NCBI GenBank assembly: GCA_965222615.1
Contig: CBDCUI010000009.1
Span: 214,454-278,453, forward strand
From: Gammaproteobacteria bacterium
GTDB taxonomy: Bacteria; Pseudomonadota; Gammaproteobacteria; UBA4575
DNA: 64,000 nt
Direction: 5' to 3'
Below the pieces are notes generated by a model. That model was not told where the DNA came from. It saw nothing but the letters and a program-made list of their open reading frames with translations, and did no database searches. Both the position numbers and the translations under genes were made by a program. Positions 1-12,143 of this stretch are shown here, piece after piece (the first letter of the stretch is position 1; each line of letters begins with the position of its first letter).

Positions 1-319
1 ATTCCTAAATAAACACTAGCGACTAACTGCCCTAGATCAGTAATAGCAGTCATAAATCGATGATTTAGTACTCCCTTTTAGGTACGTCTGAAGTGAAATT
101 GACCCCTGCTTCTGCGGGCGAGACCATTTACTCAATAAGAAAGAACTTTTTAAGTCGTAATACTTAGGCGCAAGCGATATGTGGAGGGTCCTAGTACGCT
201 AAACGGCGTATGTAATAACAAGTAAGTAACTGCTTAAACAGCTAACTTTCCCACGCAATAAATAAAAAAGCTATTGGCTTAATGCTAGAGGCTAAAAATT
301 CTAAAACTTATACCGCTAA

Positions 320-2572
<2,253 letters not shown>

Positions 2573-2728
2573 TACAGCGTTCTCAAGTTGAAGTATTTTG
2601 CTTGAAACAGCGTCCTTGAGTTAAAAATTCACTTGAGGGCGCCATTTCCTTTTCAACACTGCATTTTACAGCTATGCGGTTGAGTCCTGAGTAATCATCC
2701 AAATACAAGCTGAAAAGAAGAACGGCTA

Positions 2729-4852
2729 ATGAATGACTCTGAGTTAAACCATAACGCCGAACAAATTACTCGAATCCTATTTCAGGAATTCCCAACATGG
2801 ATGTTGGTATCTTTTTATATTGCAGCTTTTGCGACTATTGCAATTTTTTTGTATGGCTGTTTTGTACAAGTGCGAAAGTATCGTTACGGCCAGCCTTTAC
2901 ATTTCAATGAGCTAGGCCAAGGAATTGTAGGCATGATAAAGGACGTCTTTAGTCACCGTACGATTAAGCGTCGTGATTCCTCTGCCGGTCTCCTTCATGC
3001 ACTTATCTTTTTTGGTTTTGCGTTGTTGTTTATTGGCACTGCAATTATCACGCTTGAATACGATATAACTGAACCATTAATCGGCTTTAAATTTTGGTAT
3101 GGTTGGTTTTATTTATGGTTCTCGTTAATTCTAGATATAGCTGGTATCTCATTGATAATTGGGCTTATTTATATGATGTATCGGCGCAAATGGTTAAAGC
3201 TGCCAAAGCTAGATTATACGCGACCTGATCGTGCGAAAGGTGAACCAGATTATGATCGCAGCGGGTATCGTCGAGAGGATTGGGCGTTTTTATGGACGCT
3301 TATCTTAATTGGAATCACGGGTTTTCTATTAGAAGCCACACGCTTGACCTGGTTACAGAGTGATGCGAGTGTATGGGATTATCGTTGGTGGTCACCAGTA
3401 GGGACCTTAATTGCTTATCTATTCCAAAGTATTGGCTTGTCAGCCACAGGGGGTGGCGTTCTACGACTTTATTTATGGTGGTTTCACGGTCTGCTAGCCT
3501 TTGCGTTCATTGCTTTAATCCCTTTTACTAAAGTTAAACATATTTTTACGGCGATGGCTTCGCTTGCAGTACGCGATGCTAAACCTGCTGCACGCCTGCC
3601 CAAGGCAGACTTGGAAAGTGAGACCATTGGTTATAACAAAATTACAGATCTAAATTGGAAACATCTGCTACAGGCGGATGCTTGTACCAAATGTGGGCGT
3701 TGTCATGAAGCCTGTCCAGCTAATGCAACGGGATTTCCGTTATCACCTCGTGATGTGATATTAACTTTACGTGAATTGGCAATAAACACATTAGAGCGTG
3801 CTGTCTTACCAGATGACACGGCTTTAGCGGTTATTGGCGATCAGGTAAATCAAGTACGCACAGAGACACTTTGGTCTTGTAGAACTTGTGCAGCATGTGT
3901 GGAGATTTGCCCAGTAGGGATTGAACACGTTCCAATCATTGTAGAGATGCGTAGATCGCTTGTGGAAGAAGGCGAGATGGACTCTACTTTACAAACAGCA
4001 TTACAGCAGATTCAAAAAAAAGGCAATTCCTTTGGTGAGAATAAACGCAAAAGATCTGCATGGACAAAGAAACTTGATTTTCAAATCAAAGATGCACGTA
4101 AGGAAGTAGTAGATGTACTTTGGTTTGTAGGTGACTTTGCCTCATTTGATCCACGTTATCAAAAAGTATCGCAATCATTCGCCCGTATTCTTAATTCTGC
4201 TGAAGTAGATTTTGGCATTCTCTATGAGGCAGAGATGAATGCGGGTAATGATGTACGGCGTGTTGGTGAAGAAGGGCTCTATGAGCATCTGGTAGAAACC
4301 AATGTTGATAGTTTAGCGGGTTGTGAATTCAATCGCATCGTGACAACAGATCCGCATTCTTTTAATACGATAAAAAATGAATATCCAGAATTCGAAGGAA
4401 AATTTGAAATAGAACATGCTAGTACGCTAATCAAGCGCTTACTTACCTCGAATCAAATCAAATTAACTAAAAAATTAAGCAATCGAGTCACGTATCACGA
4501 CCCGTGTCATTTAGGTCGGCTTAATAAAGGTTACGATGCACCACGTGATGCCATTAAATTATTAGGTGCAGAGCTTGTAGAAATGGAGCGTTCTCGAGAC
4601 AACTCTTTTTGTTGTGGTGCTGGTGGTGGACGTATCTGGATGGCAGATCCTCTCGATAAAGACAAACCTGCTGAACATCGTATGCATGAAGCAGCACAGA
4701 TTACCGACTTAGATACCTTTGTGGTGAATTGTCCCAAATGTATGAATATGTTTGAGGATGCGGTGAAATCTACGGGCCATGAAGACGATTTCGAAGTTAA
4801 AGAACTTATTGAATTGGTTGAGGAATGCATGGACTTTGGTATGGATGATTAG
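2729..4852 (+). CDS. Membrane-anchored Fe-S oxidoreductase, EtfD / HdrD-GlpC-like (N-terminal polytopic domain, two 4Fe-4S ferredoxin motifs, C-terminal CCG domains)
   Basis: 707 aa. About 5 hydrophobic helices in the first 260 aa; CTKCGRCHEACP and CRTCAACVEICP ferredoxin motifs; C-terminal HDPCH...FCCGAGGG cysteine-rich CCG-type motifs. Confidence 0.65.
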   Translation: MNDSELNHNAEQITRILFQEFPTWMLVSFYIAAFATIAIFLYGCFVQVRKYRYGQPLHFNELGQGIVGMIKDVFSHRTIKRRDSSAGLLHALIFFGFALLFIGTAIITLEYDITEPLIGFKFWYGWFYLWFSLILDIAGISLIIGLIYMMYRRKWLKLPKLDYTRPDRAKGEPDYDRSGYRREDWAFLWTLILIGITGFLLEATRLTWLQSDASVWDYRWWSPVGTLIAYLFQSIGLSATGGGVLRLYLWWFHGLLAFAFIALIPFTKVKHIFTAMASLAVRDAKPAARLPKADLESETIGYNKITDLNWKHLLQADACTKCGRCHEACPANATGFPLSPRDVILTLRELAINTLERAVLPDDTALAVIGDQVNQVRTETLWSCRTCAACVEICPVGIEHVPIIVEMRRSLVEEGEMDSTLQTALQQIQKKGNSFGENKRKRSAWTKKLDFQIKDARKEVVDVLWFVGDFASFDPRYQKVSQSFARILNSAEVDFGILYEAEMNAGNDVRRVGEEGLYEHLVETNVDSLAGCEFNRIVTTDPHSFNTIKNEYPEFEGKFEIEHASTLIKRLLTSNQIKLTKKLSNRVTYHDPCHLGRLNKGYDAPRDAIKLLGAELVEMERSRDNSFCCGAGGGRIWMADPLDKDKPAEHRMHEAAQITDLDTFVVNCPKCMNMFEDAVKSTGHEDDFEVKELIELVEECMDFGMDD

Positions 4853-4894
4853 ATTTAAAATTTATAAATGCTAAAAAAATTATTTTGCTTTTGA

Positions 4895-6304
4895 ATGATG
4901 CTGTTATTAATAAATCCATTTCAACACGATCCTGTAGCAATGGATAAGTCTATAAATAATTTGATTAATCACACACTAAGTCGGGAAGATCCGTACTGTG
5001 CAGCGGCATTACATCCATATGTTGCATCAAAGATGCAAGAGCAATTAGAAGAGATAATATTTGCTACAAAAAAATTAAAACTTTTATTTTCAGGAGTAGT
5101 CTACACGCCGTTAAGTGTACTAGAAAAATTAACACACGATAGGGATATAAAAATTCGAACTCGTGTTGCACGACACCCATCAATTTCGGATGCAGTGTTG
5201 ATGAGGCTGATAAAAGAAGATGAACGATTACCTATTTTAGTCGCTATTGCTACTAATCAACATGCCAGTCAACAAGTTTTAGAACAGCTCCCTTGGCGAG
5301 AAATTAATGAGGTTAGACAAGCCCTCTATAAAAATATGAACACAGGGGCTACTGTGCTTAACGCGCTATTAGAGAACAGCTCGCTATTGCAAAAAAAAGA
5401 AATTGCTAAAAATTCAAATATAAACGCGAAAATTTTAAACAAATTATGGGCAAGTAAAGATGAGTATTTGCGCGCAGAAGTTATTGCACATCAAAATTGT
5501 CCCGTAGAATTAATGCTAGAAGCTCAGCAAAGTAAATCATCATTGATACGTAGAATGTTAGCTTCGAATCCAAATATTCCAACTAATACTTTAATATCGC
5601 TATTAAATGATGCAGTTGCCCAGGTGCGTGCTGCAGCAACACGTAATTTGTTATTGCCTGAAGATCAACTTGATGTCATCAAGGATGATCCATCTAATCA
5701 AGTCAGACGTAACCAGGCGAGACGACCAAAACTTGAATATGGCGTGGTAAAGCACCTTGCAAGTGATAATGATTCATGGGTACGTCGATGGATTGCGCGT
5801 AATGTCGATACACCCCCAGAGATACTACTCGACTTAGCTGAAGATGCAGTAAGAGAAGTACGCCGTAGTGTGGCCTGTCATCCATCTTGCCCACAATCCT
5901 TGGTACTAAGGCTTGCAAATGACTCAAGTGCATGGGTCAGGGCAGGGATTGCAGCCCGCGAGGACATATCTATAGAAGTCATACGTAAATTTGCGACCGA
6001 AACTGACCTCGATGTGATTTCAGCGGTGGGGAGGAATTCAAATACACCAGAGGATATTTTATTAGACATTACAGAGCATCCAGACAAAGATGCACGTCGC
6101 GCAGTTATTTTAAATAGCAGCGCTCCGTATAGTGTTGTTAACAATCTCTTAAACGATCCCTATCCACTCAATCGCTTTATGTTGATCGAACATTCTGTTT
6201 TGACAGACACAGACTTGTGGCAATTAACCGCGGACCCAGAGGCCCAAGTGAGGTTCAGGGCTACTTCGGTTTTGGCACAACGTCTAAGCAATAAAATAAA
6301 GTAA
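4895..6304 (+). CDS. HEAT / leucine-rich-repeat-variant (LRV) repeat protein
   Basis: 469 aa with recurring units of the form V(R/A)xxAAxNPxxPxxxLxxLAxDxxxxVRxxxA, e.g. VRRWIARNVDTPPEILLDLAEDAVREVRRSVACHP. Sits between the EtfD-like gene and etfB. True start may be the internal Met at 4943. Confidence 0.45.
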   Translation: MMLLLINPFQHDPVAMDKSINNLINHTLSREDPYCAAALHPYVASKMQEQLEEIIFATKKLKLLFSGVVYTPLSVLEKLTHDRDIKIRTRVARHPSISDAVLMRLIKEDERLPILVAIATNQHASQQVLEQLPWREINEVRQALYKNMNTGATVLNALLENSSLLQKKEIAKNSNINAKILNKLWASKDEYLRAEVIAHQNCPVELMLEAQQSKSSLIRRMLASNPNIPTNTLISLLNDAVAQVRAAATRNLLLPEDQLDVIKDDPSNQVRRNQARRPKLEYGVVKHLASDNDSWVRRWIARNVDTPPEILLDLAEDAVREVRRSVACHPSCPQSLVLRLANDSSAWVRAGIAAREDISIEVIRKFATETDLDVISAVGRNSNTPEDILLDITEHPDKDARRAVILNSSAPYSVVNNLLNDPYPLNRFMLIEHSVLTDTDLWQLTADPEAQVRFRATSVLAQRLSNKIK

Positions 6305-6359
6305 TTTCAATTAGATATTAAGTATTCTTAATGTAAATTAAATTTATGGAGTCAGCCAA

Positions 6360-7154
6360 ATGAAGATACTTGTACCGATTAAACAGGTAGCAACACTCGA
6401 TGAAGACTTTGAAGTTCGCGAGGACGGTAAAGATGCCGACCCAGATTATCTCGATTACGAGCTCAATGAGTGGGACGATTATTCTTATGAAGCCGCATTA
6501 CAGATAATGGAAGCACATGATGCTGTGGAAGTTATTCCTGTCACAGTTGGGTCAGAAGAAGCAGAAGATGGTTTGCGCAAGTGTTTGGCAAAGGGGGGCG
6601 AACGTGGCATTCGTATATGGGACGATGCTTTAGAAAATTCCAATCCACTTGTAATAAGCAAGGTACTTGCAAAAGTTGCTGAAAAGGAAAATGCCGACAT
6701 GGTATTTGTAGGTACTTTGTCATCAGATCATGCCTTTGCAAGTACTGGAGTCGGTATTGCTGCTGAGCTGGACTGGCCACATGTCGCAGTGGTTTCAAGT
6801 TTGGAATACAAACCGGGTGATCCATCAGCCAAAGTTCGACGCGAGTTAGAAGGCGGTATCGAAGAAGAACTCAAAGTGCAATGTCCTGCAGTTTTAACCA
6901 TTCAGCTTGGTATTAATGAACCTCGCTATTCTTCACTTCGTGGTATTAAACAGGCTAAAGCAAAGCCTATTGAAGAACTGTCACATAGCGACTTGGGTTT
7001 AAGTGATGACGAAGTAGGTGAAGCGGGGTCAGCCTTTCGTGTACGACGTATGTATATCCCTGAAAAGGGGCAAGCAGAACTGATTGAGGGAACTGCAGCT
7101 GAACAAGCAGTGCGACTTACTGAAATCATTAAAGAACTACAAGGAGCAGCTTAA
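6360..7154 (+). CDS. etfB: Electron transfer flavoprotein beta subunit
   Basis: 264 aa. N-terminus MKILVPIKQVATLDEDFEV is typical EtfB; immediately followed by etfA with a 1-bp overlap. Confidence 0.9.
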   Translation: MKILVPIKQVATLDEDFEVREDGKDADPDYLDYELNEWDDYSYEAALQIMEAHDAVEVIPVTVGSEEAEDGLRKCLAKGGERGIRIWDDALENSNPLVISKVLAKVAEKENADMVFVGTLSSDHAFASTGVGIAAELDWPHVAVVSSLEYKPGDPSAKVRRELEGGIEEELKVQCPAVLTIQLGINEPRYSSLRGIKQAKAKPIEELSHSDLGLSDDEVGEAGSAFRVRRMYIPEKGQAELIEGTAAEQAVRLTEIIKELQGAA

Positions 7155-8116
7155 TGAATGGAATACTAGTTATTGCTGAACACCGACAAGGCGAGTTAAG
7201 TGCAGCCACACTTGAGACGATAGGGGCTGCCACTTTGCTCAAATCACAACAACAGCAGCAACTAACTGTTGCTATATTAAGTAAAAATACCGATGCGTTT
7301 GTACAACAAGTAAGTGTTACTGGAGTGGATGAGGTAATTACTGTTGAAACGCCGGTTGATAATTTTCAATCAGATATATATGAAACGGCTGTTTTAGGAC
7401 TCGCAAGTGAACATAAGCCGAGCGTGATCATGATGCCGCATAGCGTTGATGCTTGGGGGTATGTTCCAGCGGTGGCGGTTAAGGGTGATTATGGCTTAGC
7501 CACCGATGTATTTGACGTCAAATATGAAAACGATGAACTTATCGCTACTCGTGCCGCCTATGCAGAAAAAATGCATATGGAAGTTGATTTTCCTGGTAAG
7601 GAAACCATCGTACTTACTATTCGTGGCAATGTATTCAAACCAGCTGAAGGGACTACCAGTCCAGAAGCATCCATATTTAATTTAGCTGATGTGCAAATGC
7701 GTACTGAACATTTGCAATTCATTGAACCGGAATCTAGTGGAGATGTAGATATCACTCAAGCCGAATATATGTTGTCTATTGGGCGAGGAATTAGTGAAGA
7801 AGATAATGTAGAACAATTTCAAGAGCTGGCAGACCTTATGGGCTTTACACTAGGATGCTCGAGACCTATAGCTGATAACGGTTGGTTACCTAAATCTCGA
7901 CAAGTAGGCCAATCTGGCAAAACTGTGACAAGTTGCAATGTCTATATCGCCATGGGGATTTCTGGTTCGGTACAACATATGGCAGGAATGAAGCATGTAC
8001 CTAATATCATCGCAGTAAATACCGATGCCGAAGCCTCTATATTTAGTATTGCGAGATATGGCATCGTTGCTGATATCTTTGATATCGCTGATGAGCTACA
8101 AAATCACTTTACGTGA
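7154..8116 (+). CDS. etfA: Electron transfer flavoprotein alpha subunit
   Basis: 320 aa. C-terminal FAD-binding signature ...ISGSVQHMAGMKHVPNIIAVNTDAEASIFSIARYGIVADIFDI matches the EtfA consensus. Confidence 0.9.
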   Translation: MNGILVIAEHRQGELSAATLETIGAATLLKSQQQQQLTVAILSKNTDAFVQQVSVTGVDEVITVETPVDNFQSDIYETAVLGLASEHKPSVIMMPHSVDAWGYVPAVAVKGDYGLATDVFDVKYENDELIATRAAYAEKMHMEVDFPGKETIVLTIRGNVFKPAEGTTSPEASIFNLADVQMRTEHLQFIEPESSGDVDITQAEYMLSIGRGISEEDNVEQFQELADLMGFTLGCSRPIADNGWLPKSRQVGQSGKTVTSCNVYIAMGISGSVQHMAGMKHVPNIIAVNTDAEASIFSIARYGIVADIFDIADELQNHFT

Positions 8117-8147
8117 TCTAAATAGTCGAGAAACTGCTTTAAAGAAA

Positions 8148-8193
8148 GAGGCCTGCGCCTTAGTAGGGGTTTGAAAAGTTAAGCGCAGGCCTC
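8148..8193. terminator. Stem-loop between convergent etfA (+) and outer-membrane protein gene (-); candidate bidirectional terminator
   Basis: GAGGCCTGCGC (8148-8158) pairs with GCGCAGGCCTC (8183-8193), 11-bp perfect stem with a 24-nt loop; lies in the 170-bp gap between convergent genes. The long loop lowers confidence. Confidence 0.45.
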
Positions 8194-8289
8194 ATTTACA
8201 ACACCACGAAGAGGAGTACCTTCCTCGACTTTGATATGGAGGATATTTCAATATGACACGTGATGTTGTTTTTTTGCTTGTATCAGTAC

Positions 8290-9096
8290 TTAAAATGAAC
8301 GGGATATACTGAAGACGACTCTATCTTCAATATTCTTTTTACCACTAGGGCCAAAAAAGTCTTTGAGATCGCTGTCTTCATCGGTGTCGTGATAGCGCAA
8401 GTCTAAATTGAAATCATAAATTGTTTTAGTAATGCCGACTTCCCAGTGCTTATAAGAGTATCCGTCACATAATGTATCTGTAACTGGGTCACAAAATGCA
8501 CCTCTTGAACCTGTTGCGTCATCGCCCTCGACATCTTGATAGCCGTAACCAAAATCAAGTCCCCAGTTATTCGCAAATGACAATGCAAGTGCACCTTTGA
8601 TATAAAATCCATCACCGTCCTCTAAAGTAAAGTCAGGCGAATAGGCGCCAAACAAGCTAATATAAGGCGAAAGTGCGCCTTCAAAGCCGTGCCCTAGAGT
8701 TAACCAGAATTCCCATTGATCTGTTTCTAATCCACCCGAACCCGAGTCCTCCGCACTGGGGAAGTTGTAATAAATGAGCGTCGCATCATAATCTAAACCG
8801 CCACCAGAGCCTGCATAACCAACATAATAATCTAGCTCTAATGAGCTGTTTGCTAATTCAATGTTGGATCCCCAAATTCCTGCATACCAGTTGTTATAAC
8901 CCCAATCAAAGCTGCCTTGAATAGCTGGGTCCTGGCTAGTAAATGATAAGCCTCGGAATACGTAGTCTGTTGTCAAGGTGATCGTATTACTAAAATTTTC
9001 TTTCGCAAAAGCACCTTCTGCTGAGGCAATTCCACCGTAGCTAGATAAAAGTAATACAGCCGCAGCAGCCATTTTTTTAATAATTTGGCTTTTCAT
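8290..9096 (-). CDS. Outer-membrane beta-barrel protein (porin-like), signal peptide
   Basis: 268 aa. N-terminal signal MKSQIIKKMAAAAVLLLSSYGGIASA; Gly/Tyr-rich alternating amphipathic strands; C-terminal ...SISRSF with terminal Phe typical of OM barrels. Confidence 0.55.
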   Translation of the reverse strand: MKSQIIKKMAAAAVLLLSSYGGIASAEGAFAKENFSNTITLTTDYVFRGLSFTSQDPAIQGSFDWGYNNWYAGIWGSNIELANSSLELDYYVGYAGSGGGLDYDATLIYYNFPSAEDSGSGGLETDQWEFWLTLGHGFEGALSPYISLFGAYSPDFTLEDGDGFYIKGALALSFANNWGLDFGYGYQDVEGDDATGSRGAFCDPVTDTLCDGYSYKHWEVGITKTIYDFNLDLRYHDTDEDSDLKDFFGPSGKKNIEDRVVFSISRSF

Positions 9097-9290
9097 TAGT
9101 TACTCCCCATAAGAATGGATAATTTGTAGCTGAGATATTCTTATGGGGAACGGCTTCAAACAATTCCACTCTGGAATTAACACCAAGTAGGTAGAACTTA
9201 TCTAATACTATTAAAAGGTTGGTAGTGGTGTAAGACGATCAGGGGGTCAATCATGTATTAGGCGTTAGATATCAAATATTTGTAGAATAG

Positions 9291-11453
9291 TTAATGTTGT
9301 GGAGTCAGTGTTTGGGAAAGCTTTTGAACTGCGGCATCTCCCGTGATTGGTTTTGAAATAAAGTCACCTTGAGCAAAATCCACACTAGCATTTTTAAGTA
9401 AGTTTAGTTGGGATTCTGATTGCACACCATTTGCAATAACACTGATATTTAAATTGTGCATCAGTGAAACAATAGCTCGAATGAACTTTCCATTATCATC
9501 TATACAATCTTCTATTACTGAACGATCTATACGAATTAAATCTATAGGCATATTTTGTACTAAAGAGAGAGATGTTTTTCCGCATCCATAGCCGTCTAAT
9601 AGCAATTGAATATCTTTTCCTTCCATAGGCTTTAATAAGCTATTCGTTATTCTTGGAGCATGGCTTAATACATTTTCAGATACTCCAACAACTAAATTGC
9701 ATAGATCAGGTTTGACGGATAACAATTTTTCACGTAATCGGAAAATTGAATTTGCGTCTAATAATGAGGCCCCGGTGACTTGAATATTAAATGATAATTT
9801 CTGAATTTCAGGAATAGAGGTATGCCAATTTTCTACTTGTTTACACACATCGTTTAGCATCCATTCCCATAATGGAGTAATCAGTTGTGTCTCTTCTGCA
9901 CTAGGTACGAATTGTTCGGCATATAACAAACCTTGTATCGGATGAGGCCAAACTAATCTTGCTTCAAGCCCTGTTAATTGATTATCTTTTAATGCGACTA
10001 CTGGTTGCCAATGCACTAGAAATTTATCTTCATCAATTGCTTGTTGAAGTTCTTTTTCTCTATGGGTTTGTAATGCTGCTTTTCCATGTGTAACTAAATC
10101 AGATACTTCATAACGAGCACCACCTAAACTTGTTGCTCGGCTTAAGGCATTTTGAGCCTCAGTAAGTACGCTGTCTTTATCGTCATATCTAGAATTACCT
10201 ATTACCACACCCATGCTAGCAGTTACATAGACCTCATTTTCGCCTACCGATAGAGGTGCTTGTACTTGCTCTTTGATTTGATTAATAATTGTAGTGATGT
10301 TTTTTATACTATAGTGAGATGAGTCTAATAAAATCCCAAAATGGTCGTCGTGTAATCTACATAAAGATATGGGCTCATTTAAAGCTTCAATAATACGGTG
10401 TCCAATTTCAACAATAACGTATTCAATACTTTGTACACCTAGACTTTCAAGTATCTGAGAATACTGGTCTATGCTTAGTAATAGCAATGTAAATGCATAA
10501 TTTTTTCTGTATTTAGATTTTTCAATTGCATGATCTAGGCGATCTATAAATAAAATCCTGTTCAATAATTTAGTATTAGAGTCGTATAAAGACTGTTGTT
10601 GATTACGTTCTTGAATTTTTATCTGCTTATCAAAATCAAACAGCGAGCCTTCAAACGATAATAATTCTCCACTTGAAGAAAAATTTCCCTTTCCCTTATT
10701 AAAGACCCATCGCTCTAAACCTTCTGCTGTAATAATTCGGTGTGTTAGTTCATACTGTTTTCCAGCTTGTAACTTATATTGAATAGTTTCAAAAAGTCTT
10801 TGATGATCATCTGGATGTATAATGCTCGAAAAGGTTATCTCGTTCTTTTCTACTAATTGATCACGGCTATAACCAGTCAATTCTAAACACCCCGAACTCG
10901 AATATTCGATAGTGAAATTATTATCATTGCGACATCTATAGAGCATTCCTGAATAGTTATCGATAAGATTACGCAAGCTACGATACTTGGCTTCGACTAT
11001 ATCTTGCTTGCGCATTTTGTCTGTAACATCTGTTAACGTCCCGACTATCCCAACTAACTCACTGCTGTGACTATTTTTGAAAATAGAGTTGGCGCGAAGC
11101 ACCATGAAGATAGAATTATTTTGTTTAGAAAGAAACCGAGTTGTAACCGAACCTCTCGTACGGGTTTTTTGTTTGAATAAATTATGTAAATATTCCTCAA
11201 CGCTGGATCGATCTTTAGGATGGATATGATCGAGCAGATGAGTACCCAGCGTTTCATCTTGTGTATAGCCTGTTAAATGTGCCCATGATGGATTTAAGTA
11301 AACCCATTTACCTGACATATCTACTTCAAATACAATTTGCTGTAGATTGTTTAAGACATTATTTTTATTGAGAGTTGATTCGGTGCTGTAATACAAGTCG
11401 TCCTGACTAAGACGTTTATTAAATTGTACAAATATGTTGCTTAATGTGCTCAA
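9291..11453 (-). CDS. PAS / degenerate-GGDEF / EAL signalling protein (probable c-di-GMP phosphodiesterase)
   Basis: 720 aa. N-terminal PAS-like segments; GGDEF position reads RLHDDHFGILL (GGDEF replaced by HDDHF); EAL domain with LEARLVWPHP, DGYGCG and QGDFISKP motifs. Confidence 0.8.
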   Translation of the reverse strand: MSTLSNIFVQFNKRLSQDDLYYSTESTLNKNNVLNNLQQIVFEVDMSGKWVYLNPSWAHLTGYTQDETLGTHLLDHIHPKDRSSVEEYLHNLFKQKTRTRGSVTTRFLSKQNNSIFMVLRANSIFKNSHSSELVGIVGTLTDVTDKMRKQDIVEAKYRSLRNLIDNYSGMLYRCRNDNNFTIEYSSSGCLELTGYSRDQLVEKNEITFSSIIHPDDHQRLFETIQYKLQAGKQYELTHRIITAEGLERWVFNKGKGNFSSSGELLSFEGSLFDFDKQIKIQERNQQQSLYDSNTKLLNRILFIDRLDHAIEKSKYRKNYAFTLLLLSIDQYSQILESLGVQSIEYVIVEIGHRIIEALNEPISLCRLHDDHFGILLDSSHYSIKNITTIINQIKEQVQAPLSVGENEVYVTASMGVVIGNSRYDDKDSVLTEAQNALSRATSLGGARYEVSDLVTHGKAALQTHREKELQQAIDEDKFLVHWQPVVALKDNQLTGLEARLVWPHPIQGLLYAEQFVPSAEETQLITPLWEWMLNDVCKQVENWHTSIPEIQKLSFNIQVTGASLLDANSIFRLREKLLSVKPDLCNLVVGVSENVLSHAPRITNSLLKPMEGKDIQLLLDGYGCGKTSLSLVQNMPIDLIRIDRSVIEDCIDDNGKFIRAIVSLMHNLNISVIANGVQSESQLNLLKNASVDFAQGDFISKPITGDAAVQKLSQTLTPQH

Positions 11454-11474
11454 GTTGCTGCAGTCGATGAGTTG

Positions 11475-12131
11475 TTATTTGCCAAACCCGTGACCTAAAG
11501 CCCAGACAGCGGCTTCTAGGCGTGAGTGAACCTTCAATTTCCTTAATAAATTTTTCACATGTACTTTTACAGTACCATCACTTATATCAAGATCGCGTGC
11601 AATAAGTTTATTATTTTTACCACTTGCAATTAATTCCAAAATTTCTCTTTCTCTTTGAGTAAGAGAAACATCTTCTTCTTTTTCCGGCGTAGCATTTCGA
11701 TCACGTCGTATAGAGCTTGCTAGCTTTTCAGATAAGTTCTGATCTAGCACCATTTGTCCTTTTAATACGTTTTGTAACTTTGACTGTAAAACTTCCGGTT
11801 CTAAATCTTTTAATAGATATCCGTCAGCGCCATTGCGCAAAGCTGCTACAAGGTCCTCTTCGGCATTAGAAACTGTCAGCACAATAACATATGCACCTAT
11901 ATTATTTTTTTTCAGCTCAACTAATGTTTCAATACCGTTCATGCCTTCCATGTTTAAATCAAGTAATATGAGATCGGGATTATGATGCAATGCTAGTTTA
12001 ACTCCTTCCATCCCTGATTGTGCTTCACCTACAAGTTTAAATTCATTACCCATATCATCGATAAGCTGAGCTACACCTTTTCGAAATAGTGGGTGATCAT
12101 CAATAATTAAAACAGAATTTTCTGACTGCAT
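11475..12131 (-). CDS. LuxR/NarL-family response regulator
   Basis: 218 aa. Receiver domain VLIIDDHPLFRKG...LILLDLNMEGMNG; C-terminal LuxR HTH LTQREREILELIASGKNNKLIARDLDISDGTVKVHVKNLLRKL. Confidence 0.85.
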   Translation of the reverse strand: MQSENSVLIIDDHPLFRKGVAQLIDDMGNEFKLVGEAQSGMEGVKLALHHNPDLILLDLNMEGMNGIETLVELKKNNIGAYVIVLTVSNAEEDLVAALRNGADGYLLKDLEPEVLQSKLQNVLKGQMVLDQNLSEKLASSIRRDRNATPEKEEDVSLTQREREILELIASGKNNKLIARDLDISDGTVKVHVKNLLRKLKVHSRLEAAVWALGHGFGK

Positions 12132-12143
12132 TTTTACCTCACT